From Alphaproteobacteria bacterium (GTDB lineage: Bacteria; Pseudomonadota; Alphaproteobacteria; UBA2966), in assembly GCA_018650465.1 (NCBI GenBank), contig JABIFY010000103.1, positions 13,362 to 77,361 on the forward strand: 64,000 bases of DNA, written 5' to 3'. Position numbers and translations under genes: made by a program. Positions 1-11,176 of this stretch are shown piece by piece (the stretch's first letter is position 1; each line of letters starts with the position of its first letter). Under the pieces are notes generated by a model that was given only the letters and a program-made list of their open reading frames with translations, had not been told where the DNA came from and did no database searches.

Positions 1-337
1 AGCCATTGAGGCTTCCGGCATTGACCGCATGGAAAGCCTGGCAGCTGGCATTGACCAGTTTGACCCCTTCAGCGACGAACACGACAACTTTGCCAATGCA
101 ATCCTGGCTGACTCTCATCAGCTGGCATTTGGTGATGATGGCCGTCTTGTCTTGCCTGAAGTTCTGCGCGATTACGCCTCGATCAGTGATCAGGCCGCCT
201 TTGTGGGTCGTGGCCCGACGTTCCAGATTTGGGAGCCCGGTGCTTTCCGTATTGTTCAGGAAGAAGCCCGCGCCAAGGCCCGAGAGCAGCGCAATGCCCT
301 GCGCCTCAAAAAACCCGAAGCAGAGGGCGATCAGTGA
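1..337 (+). CDS. mraZ: Transcriptional regulator MraZ, C-terminal part (5' end lies outside window)
   Basis: Open frame runs from window edge to TGA at 335-337; first gene of canonical dcw order immediately upstream of rsmH with TGATG stop/start overlap. Confidence 0.7.
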   Translation, partial: AIEASGIDRMESLAAGIDQFDPFSDEHDNFANAILADSHQLAFGDDGRLVLPEVLRDYASISDQAAFVGRGPTFQIWEPGAFRIVQEEARAKAREQRNALRLKKPEAEGDQ

Positions 338-1389
338 TGGCGCAGAAAAAGCGCGGCAACTCACCAACAACCGGGTCGTCAGCCGATCCGGGCACCCCGC
401 AATTACCGGATAACCGTGTCCACAGCCCCGTCTTGCTCTCTGAAGTCCTGAAATCCCTTGCACCCGCCGATGGCGAAGTGATTGTTGATGGCACCTTTGG
501 GGCCGGTGGTTATACCCGCGCCATACTGGACGCCGCCAATTGCAAAGCCTTTGGTATTGATCGCGACCCGGAAGCCATGGCGCGCGGCGCTGTGTTGAGT
601 ACGGAGTATCCTGACCGCCTGACCCTGCTGCAGGGACCCTTTTCAGAGATGGAAAGTCTGCTGGACGGTGTTGGTGTCGCCAAGGTGGCTGGTGTTGTAT
701 TGGACCTGGGTGTTTCCTCGCCGCAACTGGATCAGGCAGAGCGTGGCTTTTCCTTTCGCTTTGATGGCCCGCTCGATATGCGCATGAGTTCTGCCGGGCA
801 ATCAGCCGAGGATGTCGTTAATGCCTTTGGTCTGGATGAACTAACTGAAATCATTCGCAATTTTGGAGAAGAGCGCCACGCCCGCCGAGTGGCCAAGGCC
901 ATTGTTGCGGCCCGTGATGAAAAACCCATTACCCGCACCCTGCAGCTGGCCGATCTGGTTTCCGAGGCCATGCCGCCAATTCGTTATAAAAAAGGCCAGC
1001 CGGTCTCGCGCATTCACCCGGCCACCCGGACTTTTCAGGCCCTGCGTATTTTTGTTAACGATGAGATCGGTGAATTGCGTCGCGGCCTGCTGGCTGCCGA
1101 GCGTTTGCTGGGCGAAGGCGGGCGACTGGTCGTTGTGTCTTTTCATTCGCTGGAAGATCGTGAAGTCAAAAACTTCATGAAAGCACGTTCCGGCTTTGCA
1201 CCGCGTCCGCACCGGCACAGCCCGGCGGCCGAAATAACCGGCCCGGCGGCATCCTTTGAATTGCTAAAGCGTGGCGTGACCAAGCCAACCGATGAAGAAG
1301 CGCAAACCAATCCCCGTGCGCGTTCGGCGCGGTTGCGGGCAGCCCGTCGCACGTCGGCCCCTGTCTGGAATATGGAGGACGCCGCATGA
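337..1389 (+). CDS. rsmH: 16S rRNA (cytosine1402-N4)-methyltransferase RsmH (MraW)
   Basis: ORF 229..1389 trimmed to ATG 337 (overlaps mraZ stop); SAM-binding motif IVDGTFGAGGYTRAIL; dcw synteny. Confidence 0.9.
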   Translation: MAQKKRGNSPTTGSSADPGTPQLPDNRVHSPVLLSEVLKSLAPADGEVIVDGTFGAGGYTRAILDAANCKAFGIDRDPEAMARGAVLSTEYPDRLTLLQGPFSEMESLLDGVGVAKVAGVVLDLGVSSPQLDQAERGFSFRFDGPLDMRMSSAGQSAEDVVNAFGLDELTEIIRNFGEERHARRVAKAIVAARDEKPITRTLQLADLVSEAMPPIRYKKGQPVSRIHPATRTFQALRIFVNDEIGELRRGLLAAERLLGEGGRLVVVSFHSLEDREVKNFMKARSGFAPRPHRHSPAAEITGPAASFELLKRGVTKPTDEEAQTNPRARSARLRAARRTSAPVWNMEDAA

Positions 1390-1733
1390 GACGCACTCTC
1401 TCCGTTGCCGCCATCATTCTCACTGCCCTGATGTCCTATGGGCTTTATAATATGAAGTACGAGGTCCGCCGCCTGGAAAGTCGTCTTGCAGAACTACAGC
1501 AGACACTGACGTCCGGACGCCAGGCGGTCAAGGTTTTGCACGCCGAGTGGGCTTACCTTAACCGCCCGGCACGCTTGCAGGATCTCAGTGGCCGCCACCT
1601 TGATTTGCAGCCCGTCCAGGTTGGTCAATTGACCGGTCTGCATGAACTGCCGGTTCGCAGTGAAGAGCCTGGCCAAAAGTTAGCCCAAAAATCGGCGATG
1701 TTGTTGCCAACGGCGGGAGGCAAAACACAATGA
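1386..1733 (+). CDS. ftsL: Cell division protein FtsL (small bitopic membrane protein)
   Basis: 115-aa ORF with one N-terminal TM helix and coiled-coil, 4-nt overlaps with rsmH and ftsI; position between rsmH and ftsI. Confidence 0.7.
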   Translation: MRRTLSVAAIILTALMSYGLYNMKYEVRRLESRLAELQQTLTSGRQAVKVLHAEWAYLNRPARLQDLSGRHLDLQPVQVGQLTGLHELPVRSEEPGQKLAQKSAMLLPTAGGKTQ

Positions 1734-3466
1734 GTGTTTTTCGCCGCAAGCCCCGCGCCATCGCACCGGTCGCTGAAACCAAATTGCAGTGGTCCGATGA
1801 TGCCGAACAAATTCTTGAAAACGGTCGCAACCGTCTGGTTGTCGTTGGTGCCGTCTTCGCCCTCGCCTTTACCCTGGTCGGCGCGCGCCTGATTGATCTG
1901 GCGGTCCTGCAAGGTCATGACGCCAATCAGACAGCCCTGAACGACGAACAACGTCCCTCTGCCGAGCGGGCAGATATTCTGGATCGCAATGGCGTGGTGC
2001 TGGCCACGAACCTGATCACCGCATCCCTGTTCGCCGAGCCACGTCGGGTGCTGGATGCCGCTGACGCTGCCCGTAAAATTGTTCTGGCCTTGCCCGAACT
2101 GAATGAACAGGAAGTTGAGAAAAAACTTTCCGGTGGCCGGGCCTTTATCTGGCTCAAACGTCACCTGACACCCAAACAGCAACATGATGTGAACGCGCTT
2201 GGTGTGCCGGGCGTGGGCTTCCGCGATGATCGCAAGCGGGTTTATCCGCACGGTAATCTGGTTGCCCATGTGTTGGGCTATACCGGCATCGATAATGAAG
2301 GCCAGGCAGGTATCGAACTGCAATATGACGAGCAGCTTTCGACTGTGACACAAAAGGCCTCCGCGGCCACAAACGGTGATCCCTTGCGCCTCAGTGTTGA
2401 TGTTCGGGTACAGTTTGCCCTGCAACAGGAATTGTCCCGTGCCGTTGAGGAATTTTCAGCGCTTGGTGCCGCTGGTATCGTGCTGGATGCGGTTACTGGC
2501 GAAGTCCTGGCCATGGTTTCCTTACCCGATTTCGATCCCAATCAGGCCCGCACCGCGTCGTCCAACGCCATGTTCAACCGGGCGTCTCTGGGCGTCTATG
2601 AAATGGGCTCGACCTTCAAGGCTTTCACCACGGCCATGGCGCTGGATGCTGGCACGGTAAAGATCGGCGGCGGTTATGACGCCACAAAGCCTTTACGTGT
2701 TGCCCGCTTTACTATTCGCGACGATCACCCCAAAAAGCGTTGGTTGAGTGTACCGGAAATCTTCATCTATTCCTCCAACATCGGGGCCGCCAAAATGGCT
2801 GTCGATGTGGGTGCTGAACGTCAAAAGGAATTTTTGGGGCGTCTTGGTTTGCTGCAACGCGCCGCCCTGGAACTGCCCGAGGTTGGCAGGCCCATTTCGC
2901 CGTCCCGCTGGGGTGAGATCAGCACGATGACCGTGGCTTTCGGTCACGGCATTGCCGTCAGCCCCGTACAACTGACCAGTGCCATGGCAGCCATGGTGAA
3001 CGGTGGCATTCGCATTGATCCAACCCTGATGGCCAAACAACCCATGGACACGCCGCAAGGCACCCGCGTCATTAAAACCCGGACATCGTCCATCATGAAG
3101 CGCTTGATGCGCCTGAATGTAGAAGAAGGTACCGGCAGCAAGGCAAAGGCAGCCGGGTATCTGGTCGGTGGCAAGACAGGTACGGCGGAAAAGGCCGTGG
3201 CCGGTAGTTATCAGCGCAAGGCGTTGTTGTCTTCCTTCATTGGTGCCTTTCCCATGAATGATCCGCGCTACGTCGTGCTGGCGGTCATTGATGAGCCCAA
3301 GGGCACAAAAAAGTCATTTGGTTATGCAGGGGGTGGCTGGACGGCTGCCCCGGTATTTGGTCGCGTGGTTTCGAGAATAGGCCCACTGATGGGTGTGGCA
3401 CCTGTGGACGAAGAAAGTAAATCCGTTCGCAACGCCATGTTTATTCGCGTCAAGGCGGGGGGATAA
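1730..3466 (+). CDS. ftsI: Peptidoglycan D,D-transpeptidase FtsI (PBP3)
   Basis: 578 aa; STFK, SSN and KTGT penicillin-binding motifs; dcw synteny. Confidence 0.92.
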   Translation: MSVFRRKPRAIAPVAETKLQWSDDAEQILENGRNRLVVVGAVFALAFTLVGARLIDLAVLQGHDANQTALNDEQRPSAERADILDRNGVVLATNLITASLFAEPRRVLDAADAARKIVLALPELNEQEVEKKLSGGRAFIWLKRHLTPKQQHDVNALGVPGVGFRDDRKRVYPHGNLVAHVLGYTGIDNEGQAGIELQYDEQLSTVTQKASAATNGDPLRLSVDVRVQFALQQELSRAVEEFSALGAAGIVLDAVTGEVLAMVSLPDFDPNQARTASSNAMFNRASLGVYEMGSTFKAFTTAMALDAGTVKIGGGYDATKPLRVARFTIRDDHPKKRWLSVPEIFIYSSNIGAAKMAVDVGAERQKEFLGRLGLLQRAALELPEVGRPISPSRWGEISTMTVAFGHGIAVSPVQLTSAMAAMVNGGIRIDPTLMAKQPMDTPQGTRVIKTRTSSIMKRLMRLNVEEGTGSKAKAAGYLVGGKTGTAEKAVAGSYQRKALLSSFIGAFPMNDPRYVVLAVIDEPKGTKKSFGYAGGGWTAAPVFGRVVSRIGPLMGVAPVDEESKSVRNAMFIRVKAGG

Positions 3467-3470
3467 GACC

Positions 3471-4925
3471 TTGAAGCTATCTGACCTTACAAACATTGAA
3501 ACCAATGGCGCTATGTCAGCTGTCGATATCTGCGGCCTCACCGCCGACAGCCGGGCCGTGCGGCCTGGATTTCTGTTTGCTGCCATCGAAGGCACGCAAA
3601 TCGACGGGCGAAAATACATCCCCGATGCGGTCGGGCACGGCGCGGTCGCAGTGCTCGCACCACCGGGGACAACCACCGATGACCCGCATGTATCGTTGAT
3701 TGCCGACGTTAACCCCCGCCGCCGTCTTGCCTTGATGGCGGCGCGGTTCTTTGAAAAACAGCCGGAAACTATGGTGGCTGTCACGGGCACCAATGGCAAA
3801 ACCTCGGTCGCAAAATTTGTTGAACAAATCTGGCACCACCTTGGTCTCAAGGCTGGTAGCCTCGGCACCCTGGGCGTTCACGGCGATGGATATTGCGCAA
3901 AACTGGAACATACAACACCTGATCCGGTGACTTTGCACCGCCACTTGCGGGCCTTTGCGGACCATGAGATCAATCACGTGGCGCTGGAGGCTTCAAGCCA
4001 TGGCCTCGACCAGTTTCGTCTTGATGGCGTGCGTCTGAAAGCGGCTGCTTTTACCAACCTGTCGCACGATCATTTTGATTATCATGCCAGCGAGGAAGAC
4101 TATCTAGCAGCCAAATCGCGCCTGTTCAGTGAACTGTTGCCGGACGATGGCATTGCCGTACTGAATGCCGATTGTGAACATCAGGGCAAGCTGGTTGAGA
4201 TTGCCAAAGCCCGCGGCTTGAAGATTATTTCCTACGGCTTCCGGGGTTGGGATATCTGTATCAAACGTCGCCGCCCCAGTGGTGATGGCCAGACCCTTGA
4301 TCTGGATGTGCGGGGTAAAAGTTATCGTGTGCAGATGCCGGTAATCGGTGATTTTCAGGCCGAAAACGCGGCCTGTGCCTTGGGACTGGTTCTGGCCAGC
4401 GGCGCCGATCAGGATGCAGCCGTTGAGGCCCTGAACCACTTGCAAGGGGTCACTGGACGTATCGAAAAAGTTATTGACCATCCCAATGGCGCGCCGGTTT
4501 TTGTCGATTTTGCCCACACACCAGACGCTCTTGAAACGGTGCTCAAGGCCTTGAAGCCCCATGCCCGTGATCGCCTGATTGTGGTCTTTGGCTGTGGCGG
4601 CGACCGTGACGCACAAAAGCGCCGTGTGATGGGTGTGGTGGCCTGCCAGTTCGCTGACCTGGTCATTGTCACCGACGATAATCCACGTTTTGAAGATGCC
4701 GCCGCCATTCGTCACGAGGTCATGAATGGTTGCGACCGTGCCATCGAAGTTCGCGACCGGGCCGAAGCCATTCGCGCCGGTGTGGCCGGGCTGAACGAAG
4801 GTGATGTGTTGGTGATCGCTGGCAAGGGCCACGAAAGCGGCCAGATTATTCGCGACGAAGTGTTGCCCTTTAACGACGCAGAACAAGCGCGCATGGCCGT
4901 TACTGAAGTTGGAGGCAGTCACTGA
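3471..4925 (+). CDS. murE: UDP-N-acetylmuramoyl-L-alanyl-D-glutamate--2,6-diaminopimelate ligase MurE
   Basis: ORF 3393..4925 overlaps ftsI; likely TTG start at 3471 (MKLSDL...) 5 nt after ftsI stop; GTNGKTS P-loop; Mur ligase C-terminal domain. Confidence 0.88.
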   Translation: MKLSDLTNIETNGAMSAVDICGLTADSRAVRPGFLFAAIEGTQIDGRKYIPDAVGHGAVAVLAPPGTTTDDPHVSLIADVNPRRRLALMAARFFEKQPETMVAVTGTNGKTSVAKFVEQIWHHLGLKAGSLGTLGVHGDGYCAKLEHTTPDPVTLHRHLRAFADHEINHVALEASSHGLDQFRLDGVRLKAAAFTNLSHDHFDYHASEEDYLAAKSRLFSELLPDDGIAVLNADCEHQGKLVEIAKARGLKIISYGFRGWDICIKRRRPSGDGQTLDLDVRGKSYRVQMPVIGDFQAENAACALGLVLASGADQDAAVEALNHLQGVTGRIEKVIDHPNGAPVFVDFAHTPDALETVLKALKPHARDRLIVVFGCGGDRDAQKRRVMGVVACQFADLVIVTDDNPRFEDAAAIRHEVMNGCDRAIEVRDRAEAIRAGVAGLNEGDVLVIAGKGHESGQIIRDEVLPFNDAEQARMAVTEVGGSH

Positions 4926-6343
4926 TGCCAGCTGATTCCATCTGGACAAAGAACGAAGCCTGTGTCGCCACCGGTGGTCAATGCGAAATGAACTGGGTTG
5001 CCCAGGGTGTTTCCATCGACAGCCGTACGGTTGCCTGGGGCGATTTGTTCATTGCCCTGGTGGGTCCCAATATGGATGGTCACAAGTTTTTGGCCCAGGC
5101 CTTTAAACGCGGTGCCGTGGCCGCTGTTGTTTCGCAGATTCCGGAAGATGCCGATTCTTCCTGGCCTTTGCTGATGGTCGATGATACTCAAACCGCCCTT
5201 GAAGGGCTTGGTGTCTTTGCCCGCGACCGGGTCGGCGCCCATATCTGTGCCGTCACTGGCAGTGTCGGCAAGACCGGCACCAAGGAAGCCCTGCGTCAGA
5301 CCCTGGAACGCTCTGGCTCCACCCACGCCAGTGTTGCCAGTTACAACAATCTTTGGGGTGTGCCGTTGTCGCTGGCACGGATGCCGCGTGATGCGGCCTA
5401 TGCCATCTTTGAGATCGGCATGAACCATGCCGGAGAGATTTCTCCCCTCAGCCGTATGGTGCGCCCGCATGTGGTTATCGTCACAACGGTTGAAGCCACA
5501 CATCTTGAGTATTTTGACGGTGTCGAAGGCATCGCCGACGCCAAGGCCGAAGTCTTTGACGGCCTGGAGCCAGGTGGTGTCGCGATCCTGAACAAGGACA
5601 ACGACCAGTTTGATCGTCTGCAAAAGGCCGCTTTGAGTCACGGCGCCCGCGTGGTTTCCTTTGGCGAAAACACGATTGCAGATGTGCATCTGGATCGCCT
5701 CGCCCTGCATCCAAACTGTTCTTGTGTATCGGCCCATATTGGCGAGACACAGGCGACTTACAAAATCGGCATGCCGGGTCATCACTGGGCCACAAACAGC
5801 CTGGCTGTTTTGGCTGCCGTCGATGCCTTGGGCGCAGACATCGGCTTGGCCACCATGGCCCTGGCCGCGATGACCGCACCCGACGGACGCGGACGGCGTC
5901 ACCGTATCACGATGCCAAACGGGGCCTTTGACCTGATTGACGACAGCTATAATGCCTCGCCGGTTTCCATGCGCGCTGCCTTGCACGTTCTGGCCGGTGC
6001 CACGGTGCTGACCGGCGGGCGGCGTATCGCGGTGCTGGGCGAGATGAAAGAACTGGGGCCAACAGCTGCCCATATGCACACCGAACTGGCTGCTGATGTC
6101 GAGGCCGCAGAAATTGATCTGGTGATTACCTCGGGCGAGATGATGCAGGGCTTGCATGATGCTCTGCCAGGAAACATGCGCAGCGGCCATTGCGACAATT
6201 CGGTTGACGCTGCGGATAAGGCGGTTGATGCGATCCGGCCAGGTGACGTCATCCTGGTGAAGGGGTCGCTGGCCAGTGGTATGGCACGTGTTGTCGAAGG
6301 GTTGTTGGCGCTGGAAGCCGCACCCCGTGTTGTGAACGGGTAG
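4925..6343 (+). CDS. murF: UDP-N-acetylmuramoyl-tripeptide--D-alanyl-D-alanine ligase MurF
   Basis: ATG overlaps murE TGA (1 nt); [11 protein letters not shown]-loop; synteny. Confidence 0.9.
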   Translation: MPADSIWTKNEACVATGGQCEMNWVAQGVSIDSRTVAWGDLFIALVGPNMDGHKFLAQAFKRGAVAAVVSQIPEDADSSWPLLMVDDTQTALEGLGVFARDRVGAHICAVTGSVGKTGTKEALRQTLERSGSTHASVASYNNLWGVPLSLARMPRDAAYAIFEIGMNHAGEISPLSRMVRPHVVIVTTVEATHLEYFDGVEGIADAKAEVFDGLEPGGVAILNKDNDQFDRLQKAALSHGARVVSFGENTIADVHLDRLALHPNCSCVSAHIGETQATYKIGMPGHHWATNSLAVLAAVDALGADIGLATMALAAMTAPDGRGRRHRITMPNGAFDLIDDSYNASPVSMRAALHVLAGATVLTGGRRIAVLGEMKELGPTAAHMHTELAADVEAAEIDLVITSGEMMQGLHDALPGNMRSGHCDNSVDAADKAVDAIRPGDVILVKGSLASGMARVVEGLLALEAAPRVVNG

Positions 6344-6350
6344 GGCCGGT

Positions 6351-7436
6351 ATGTTTCTTTATCTATTTCAATATGCTGATCAGTTCCCGGTCCTGAACTT
6401 GTTCCGTTATCTGACTTTTCGGGCGGGTGGTGCAGTAATGACAGCCCTGTTGGTGGCTTTCGTCTTTGGCCCCATGGTGATCCGCTGGTTGAAATCAAAA
6501 CAAACCAACGGCCAGCCGATCCGGGATTGTGGACCCCAAAGCCACATCGTTAAAAAGCAGGGGACGCCAACCATGGGCGGCTTTCTGATCTTGCTGGCCC
6601 TGACGCTTGCAACCTTGTTGTGGGCTGATCTGAATAACCCTTACGTCTGGGCTGTGATGATGGTCACCCTGGGTTTCGGCGTTATTGGCTTTGCCGACGA
6701 CTATCAAAAAGTCACCCAGTCCAATCACCGCGGTGTGTCCGGCAAACTTAAACTGATGCTGGAAATTGCCGTCGCCGGTCTGGCCGCCTGGTGGATTTAT
6801 ACTGTAACACCGCAGCCGCTGTCCGGTGGCCTGGCTATTCCATTCCTCAAAGACCTGCTGGTGCCCCTGGGTTGGCTGGCAATACCGTTTGCCATTTTCG
6901 TCATGTTGGGCGCCTCCAATTCTGTCAACCTGACGGACGGCCTGGATGGTTTGGCCATTGTGCCGGTGATCATTGCCGCAGGCACGTTCGGCTTCATCGC
7001 TTACCTGGTTGGCAACTCGGTCTTCGCCAATTACCTGCAACTGCATGCCGTGCCCGGTGCTGGCGAGCTGGTGGTTATTTGCGGTGCCCTGGTGGGTGCC
7101 GGCCTCGGTTTTCTCTGGTTCAACGCGCCCCCGGCCATGATTTTCATGGGCGACACAGGCAGCCTGGCCCTGGGCGGAACCCTGGGTGCCATCAGTGTTG
7201 TTATCAAACATGAACTGGTGCTGGCCATTGTCGGTGGTTTGTTCGTTCTGGAAACAGTTTCGGTCATCGTTCAGGTCGCGTCTTTCAAACTGACCGGCAA
7301 GCGCGTCTTCCGCATGGCGCCGCTACACCACCATTTCGAGGAAAAGGGTTGGGCCGAAAGCACCGTCGTGATTCGCTTCTGGATTATCGCCGTCATCCTG
7401 GCCCTGGTCGGCCTGGCAACGTTGAAGTTGAGGTAG
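6351..7436 (+). CDS. mraY: Phospho-N-acetylmuramoyl-pentapeptide transferase MraY
   Basis: 361 aa, 10 TM, conserved [13 protein letters not shown] and HHHFE motifs. Confidence 0.93.
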   Translation: MFLYLFQYADQFPVLNLFRYLTFRAGGAVMTALLVAFVFGPMVIRWLKSKQTNGQPIRDCGPQSHIVKKQGTPTMGGFLILLALTLATLLWADLNNPYVWAVMMVTLGFGVIGFADDYQKVTQSNHRGVSGKLKLMLEIAVAGLAAWWIYTVTPQPLSGGLAIPFLKDLLVPLGWLAIPFAIFVMLGASNSVNLTDGLDGLAIVPVIIAAGTFGFIAYLVGNSVFANYLQLHAVPGAGELVVICGALVGAGLGFLWFNAPPAMIFMGDTGSLALGGTLGAISVVIKHELVLAIVGGLFVLETVSVIVQVASFKLTGKRVFRMAPLHHHFEEKGWAESTVVIRFWIIAVILALVGLATLKLR

Positions 7437-7440
7437 GGGA

Positions 7441-8889
7441 ATGATCGAAGTCACCACCTTCGCCAATGCCCATGTGGCTGTTTTTGGACTGGGACGTTCC
7501 GGTCTGGCGACAGTGCATGCGCTGAAGGCAGGCGGGGCCGAGGTTTGCGCCTGGGACGACAGCCCGGAACGCCGTGACGAAGCTGCCGACGCAGGGATTG
7601 ATCTGGCTGATCTTTACAGTGCGGACTGGAAAAAAATGGCGGCCCTGATCCTCAGCCCTGGTGTGCCGCTAACTCACCCTGAGCCGCATTGGGTCGTGCG
7701 CATGGCGCGTGCCGAGGCTTGCGAAGTCATCGGCGATGTTGAACTTTTTGCCCGCGAAAAATTACCGAACCAGATTGCGGCCATTACCGGCACCAACGGC
7801 AAGTCTACCACCACGGCCTTGACCGGTCATGTGCTGGAAAGTTGCGGACGCCCAGTGGCGACCGGTGGTAATCTCGGCACCCCGGTTCTGGAATTGCCGC
7901 GCCTGCCCGATGGTGGCGTCTATGTCATCGAAATGTCGTCTTACCAAATTGATCTAACACCTTCACTTGACCCTGACGTGGCCGTCTTGCTGAACCTTAG
8001 CCCCGATCACATTGACCGGCATGGTGACATGGCGGGTTATATCGGTGTGAAAAGCGGCATGCTGGAGCGCCAGTCTGCAGATAAAACAGCTATCGTCGGC
8101 ATGGACGACAAGGATAGTGTCGGTATTTTTGACAAACTGAACAGCACTGGCCGCAAAAATATTGTGCCGGTTTCAGTGACGACACCGCCCAATGAACGCG
8201 CCCGACAGCAAGGTTATGTTGTTGAGGATGGAGTGATCTCCAGCCAATTAGACGGCAAGTCTGAAGCGCTGGTGGATCTCTTCGGTGCGGCTAATCTGAT
8301 CGGCGTTCACAATTGGCAAAATGCGGCAATGGCCCTGGCATCGGCGACGGCACTTGGCTGTCCGGTCTACGACGCCGCAGCGTCATTGCTCAGCTTTCCG
8401 GGTCTTGCCCATCGCATGGAATATGTGGGCCGCATTGGCAACATTCGCTTTATCAATGACAGCAAGGCGACCAACGCCGAAGCCACATCCCGCGCCCTTG
8501 CCTGTTTTGACCGCATCATCTGGATTGCAGGTGGGCGCCCCAAAGAAGGCGGTATCGAAGCCTTGCGCCCTGAATTCCATCGCATTGCCTATGCTTATCT
8601 TATTGGTGAAGCGGCTGGCGATTTTGCCCAAACCCTGGAAGGTGAAGTGCCTTTCACGATTGCCGAAACCCTTGATGAAGCAGTCGCGCTGGCCGCAGAA
8701 CGGGCGACGGAAGAAGCGGCCTGCCTGGGCGGGGACGCCATGCCGGATACGGCGGTGTTGTTGTCACCGGCAGCAGCCTCCTTTGATCAATTCGCAAATT
8801 TTGAACTTCGCGGCAACCGTTTTCGGGATTTGGTGGCGGGTCTGTCTTTGTTGCATCGTGACGAGATTGCAGTTGGGGGCCGGGTATGA
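7441..8889 (+). CDS. murD: UDP-N-acetylmuramoylalanine--D-glutamate ligase MurD
   Basis: 482 aa; GTNGKSTT P-loop; synteny. Confidence 0.92.
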   Translation: MIEVTTFANAHVAVFGLGRSGLATVHALKAGGAEVCAWDDSPERRDEAADAGIDLADLYSADWKKMAALILSPGVPLTHPEPHWVVRMARAEACEVIGDVELFAREKLPNQIAAITGTNGKSTTTALTGHVLESCGRPVATGGNLGTPVLELPRLPDGGVYVIEMSSYQIDLTPSLDPDVAVLLNLSPDHIDRHGDMAGYIGVKSGMLERQSADKTAIVGMDDKDSVGIFDKLNSTGRKNIVPVSVTTPPNERARQQGYVVEDGVISSQLDGKSEALVDLFGAANLIGVHNWQNAAMALASATALGCPVYDAAASLLSFPGLAHRMEYVGRIGNIRFINDSKATNAEATSRALACFDRIIWIAGGRPKEGGIEALRPEFHRIAYAYLIGEAAGDFAQTLEGEVPFTIAETLDEAVALAAERATEEAACLGGDAMPDTAVLLSPAAASFDQFANFELRGNRFRDLVAGLSLLHRDEIAVGGRV

Positions 8890-10010
8890 TTGGTCCCGCG
8901 CGCACAGATACTTCACTTGTCGGCCGCTGGTGGTGGACGGTTGATCGCTGGTCACTTGTCGCCCTCGGCGCTTTGCTGGCAGCAGGTGCCTTGTTGGTTA
9001 TGGCCGCTAGTCCGGCTGTGGCCGAACGCATTGGTCTGGATAGTTTTCACTTTGTCCGTCGCCAGGTTGTCTATCTTGTCCCGGCGATCGGTGTGATGAT
9101 TTTGGTCTCGCTATCGTCACCCTTGACTGTGCGTCGCCTGGCGACCATTGGCTTTGCCGTGACAATTGCGCTGATGATCCTGACCTTGCTGGTGGGCAAT
9201 GAAGTCAAAGGGGCGCAGCGCTGGTTATCTCTTGCCGGATTTGTCATCCAGCCCTCGGAATTTATCAAACCGTTCTTTGCAGTCGTGGCCGCCTGGATGT
9301 TTGCCGAGCAACAGCGTGGTGAAGGTTTTCCCGGCTATCTGGTTTCCACCTTGATGATGGCGGTTGTCTGCACCTTGCTGGTCATGCAGCCGGACTTTGG
9401 CATGACAGTTGTTGTTGCCGCCGTCTGGTTCACGCAATTCTTCATGGCTGGCATGCCCATGACCTGGATCATTGTTATGGGTTTTGCCGGGATCGCCGGT
9501 TTGGCCGCGGCCTATGCCTTATTGCCCCACGTGGCCAGCCGCATTGATCGTTTTCTTGATCCTTCCAGCGGCGACAGCTTCCAGGTTGATACAGCTCTGT
9601 CTGCTTTCCGCACCGGTGGTTTGACCGGACGGGGGCCCGGAGAAGGGACCGTCAAAGGTATTTTGCCCGACGCTCACACAGATTTTATTTTTGCCGTCGC
9701 CGGAGAAGAATTTGGCCTGATCGCTTGCCTGGTTCTGGTGGCCTTGTTTGCTTTTGTCGTCTTGCGTGGCTTCAGCCGCATGCTGATGGAACGTAACGCC
9801 TTTGTCATGCTGGCTGCCGCTGGCTTGCTGGTGCAGTTCGGCATTCAGGCCTTTGTAAACATGGGCGTAAATCTTCGTTTGCTGCCTGCCAAAGGCATGA
9901 CGCTACCCTTTGTCTCATACGGTGGCTCATCCTTGCTGGCGCTGGCCATCGGCATGGGCATGGTTCTGGCTCTGACCCGCAAACGTCCAGGTTCGGGGTT
10001 AGTTGGATGA
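8886..10010 (+). CDS. ftsW: Peptidoglycan glycosyltransferase FtsW (SEDS family)
   Basis: 374 aa polytopic membrane protein, 4-nt overlap with murD and murG; synteny. Confidence 0.9.
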   Translation: MIGPARTDTSLVGRWWWTVDRWSLVALGALLAAGALLVMAASPAVAERIGLDSFHFVRRQVVYLVPAIGVMILVSLSSPLTVRRLATIGFAVTIALMILTLLVGNEVKGAQRWLSLAGFVIQPSEFIKPFFAVVAAWMFAEQQRGEGFPGYLVSTLMMAVVCTLLVMQPDFGMTVVVAAVWFTQFFMAGMPMTWIIVMGFAGIAGLAAAYALLPHVASRIDRFLDPSSGDSFQVDTALSAFRTGGLTGRGPGEGTVKGILPDAHTDFIFAVAGEEFGLIACLVLVALFAFVVLRGFSRMLMERNAFVMLAAAGLLVQFGIQAFVNMGVNLRLLPAKGMTLPFVSYGGSSLLALAIGMGMVLALTRKRPGSGLVG

Positions 10011-11176
10011 CCTCAATCAATCAAACAGGTCCTGTGATTCTTGCCGCGGGTGGCACCGGTGGACACCTCTTTCCGGCAGAAGCCCTGGCGGGTGAACTGA
10101 TGGCGCGGGGTCGCGACGTCATGTTGGTGACGGATACGCGCGGTGATACTCACACGGCATCTGTCGATAGCCCCCTGGCCCGCATTGAACGCTTTGTTGT
10201 GCGGGCAGGCACCGTTTCAGGGCAGTCCGCTTTTGGTAAAATCAAGGGTTTGATCGAACTGGTTGCGGGGTTCTGGCAAGCCAGGGCTTTGCTGGCCCGA
10301 TTGCAGCCTTCAGTTGTTGTTGGCTTTGGTGGTTATCCATCCTTGCCCACCATGTTGGCCGCCACCCGACGCGGCACACCAGCCATCTTGCACGAACAAA
10401 ATGCCGTTCTGGGGCGGGTCAATCGCGTGCTGGCACCGCGTGTGAATGCTATTGCCGTGGCCTTTACCGATACGGCCAAACTGGAACCAGGTGATTTCGC
10501 CAAGGTCAAGGTCGTAGGTAATCCGGTGCGGGCCGCTGTGCGGGCAGTTCGCGGAAAACCCTATCCAGTACCTGAAGTCGGCGGCGCTTTTAATATTCTG
10601 GTATTGGGTGGCAGTCAGGGGGCAACCGTGTTGTCCGATGTTGTGCCCGTCGCCTTAAGCCAGTTGCCGGACGAGTTGAAACACCGCTTGCATATTACCC
10701 AGCAATGTCGGCCGGAAGATCTCGACCGGGTTCGCCAAATCTACGCCGAAGCCGGATTGCAAACCGACCTTGCAACATTTTTTGATGATGTGCCGGCCCG
10801 CCTGGCTGAAACCCATTTGATTGTGTCCCGCGCAGGCGCATCGACAGTAAGTGAAGCTGCCGTGGCCGGGCGTCCGGCCCTGTTGGTGCCTTATCCGCAC
10901 GCAACCGATGATCATCAAACCGGCAACGCAAAAGCCTTTGTGGAGCCAGGCGCTGGCTGGATGGCCCCACAGCAGTCTTTCACCAAACAATTTGTTGCCG
11001 ACACCATAACCGATCTGATGGCTCATCCTGAAAAATTGACAGATGCCGCCGCCAGTGCACTGAACGTTGGTCGGGCAGATTCTGCTCCACGTCTGGCTGA
11101 TCTGGTTGAAAGCCTGATCCGTGAAGGCAATGGCGCAAACGGTGGCAGTTCTTCACCTCAGGAGGAAGCCGCATGA
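10007..11176 (+). CDS. murG: UDP-GlcNAc:undecaprenyl-PP-MurNAc-pentapeptide GlcNAc transferase MurG
   Basis: 389 aa; N-terminal GGTGGHLFP motif; synteny. Confidence 0.92.
   Translation: MTSINQTGPVILAAGGTGGHLFPAEALAGELMARGRDVMLVTDTRGDTHTASVDSPLARIERFVVRAGTVSGQSAFGKIKGLIELVAGFWQARALLARLQPSVVVGFGGYPSLPTMLAATRRGTPAILHEQNAVLGRVNRVLAPRVNAIAVAFTDTAKLEPGDFAKVKVVGNPVRAAVRAVRGKPYPVPEVGGAFNILVLGGSQGATVLSDVVPVALSQLPDELKHRLHITQQCRPEDLDRVRQIYAEAGLQTDLATFFDDVPARLAETHLIVSRAGASTVSEAAVAGRPALLVPYPHATDDHQTGNAKAFVEPGAGWMAPQQSFTKQFVADTITDLMAHPEKLTDAAASALNVGRADSAPRLADLVESLIREGNGANGGSSSPQEEAA

Noticed and set aside
4919-6190. 423-aa ORF on minus strand (and 4104..4949, 1625..2425, 34390..35277, 8321..8944 similar)
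   Set aside because: All fully embedded antisense/alternate-frame within well-supported murF, murE, ftsI, FAD-oxidase and murD/ftsW genes; no domain signatures
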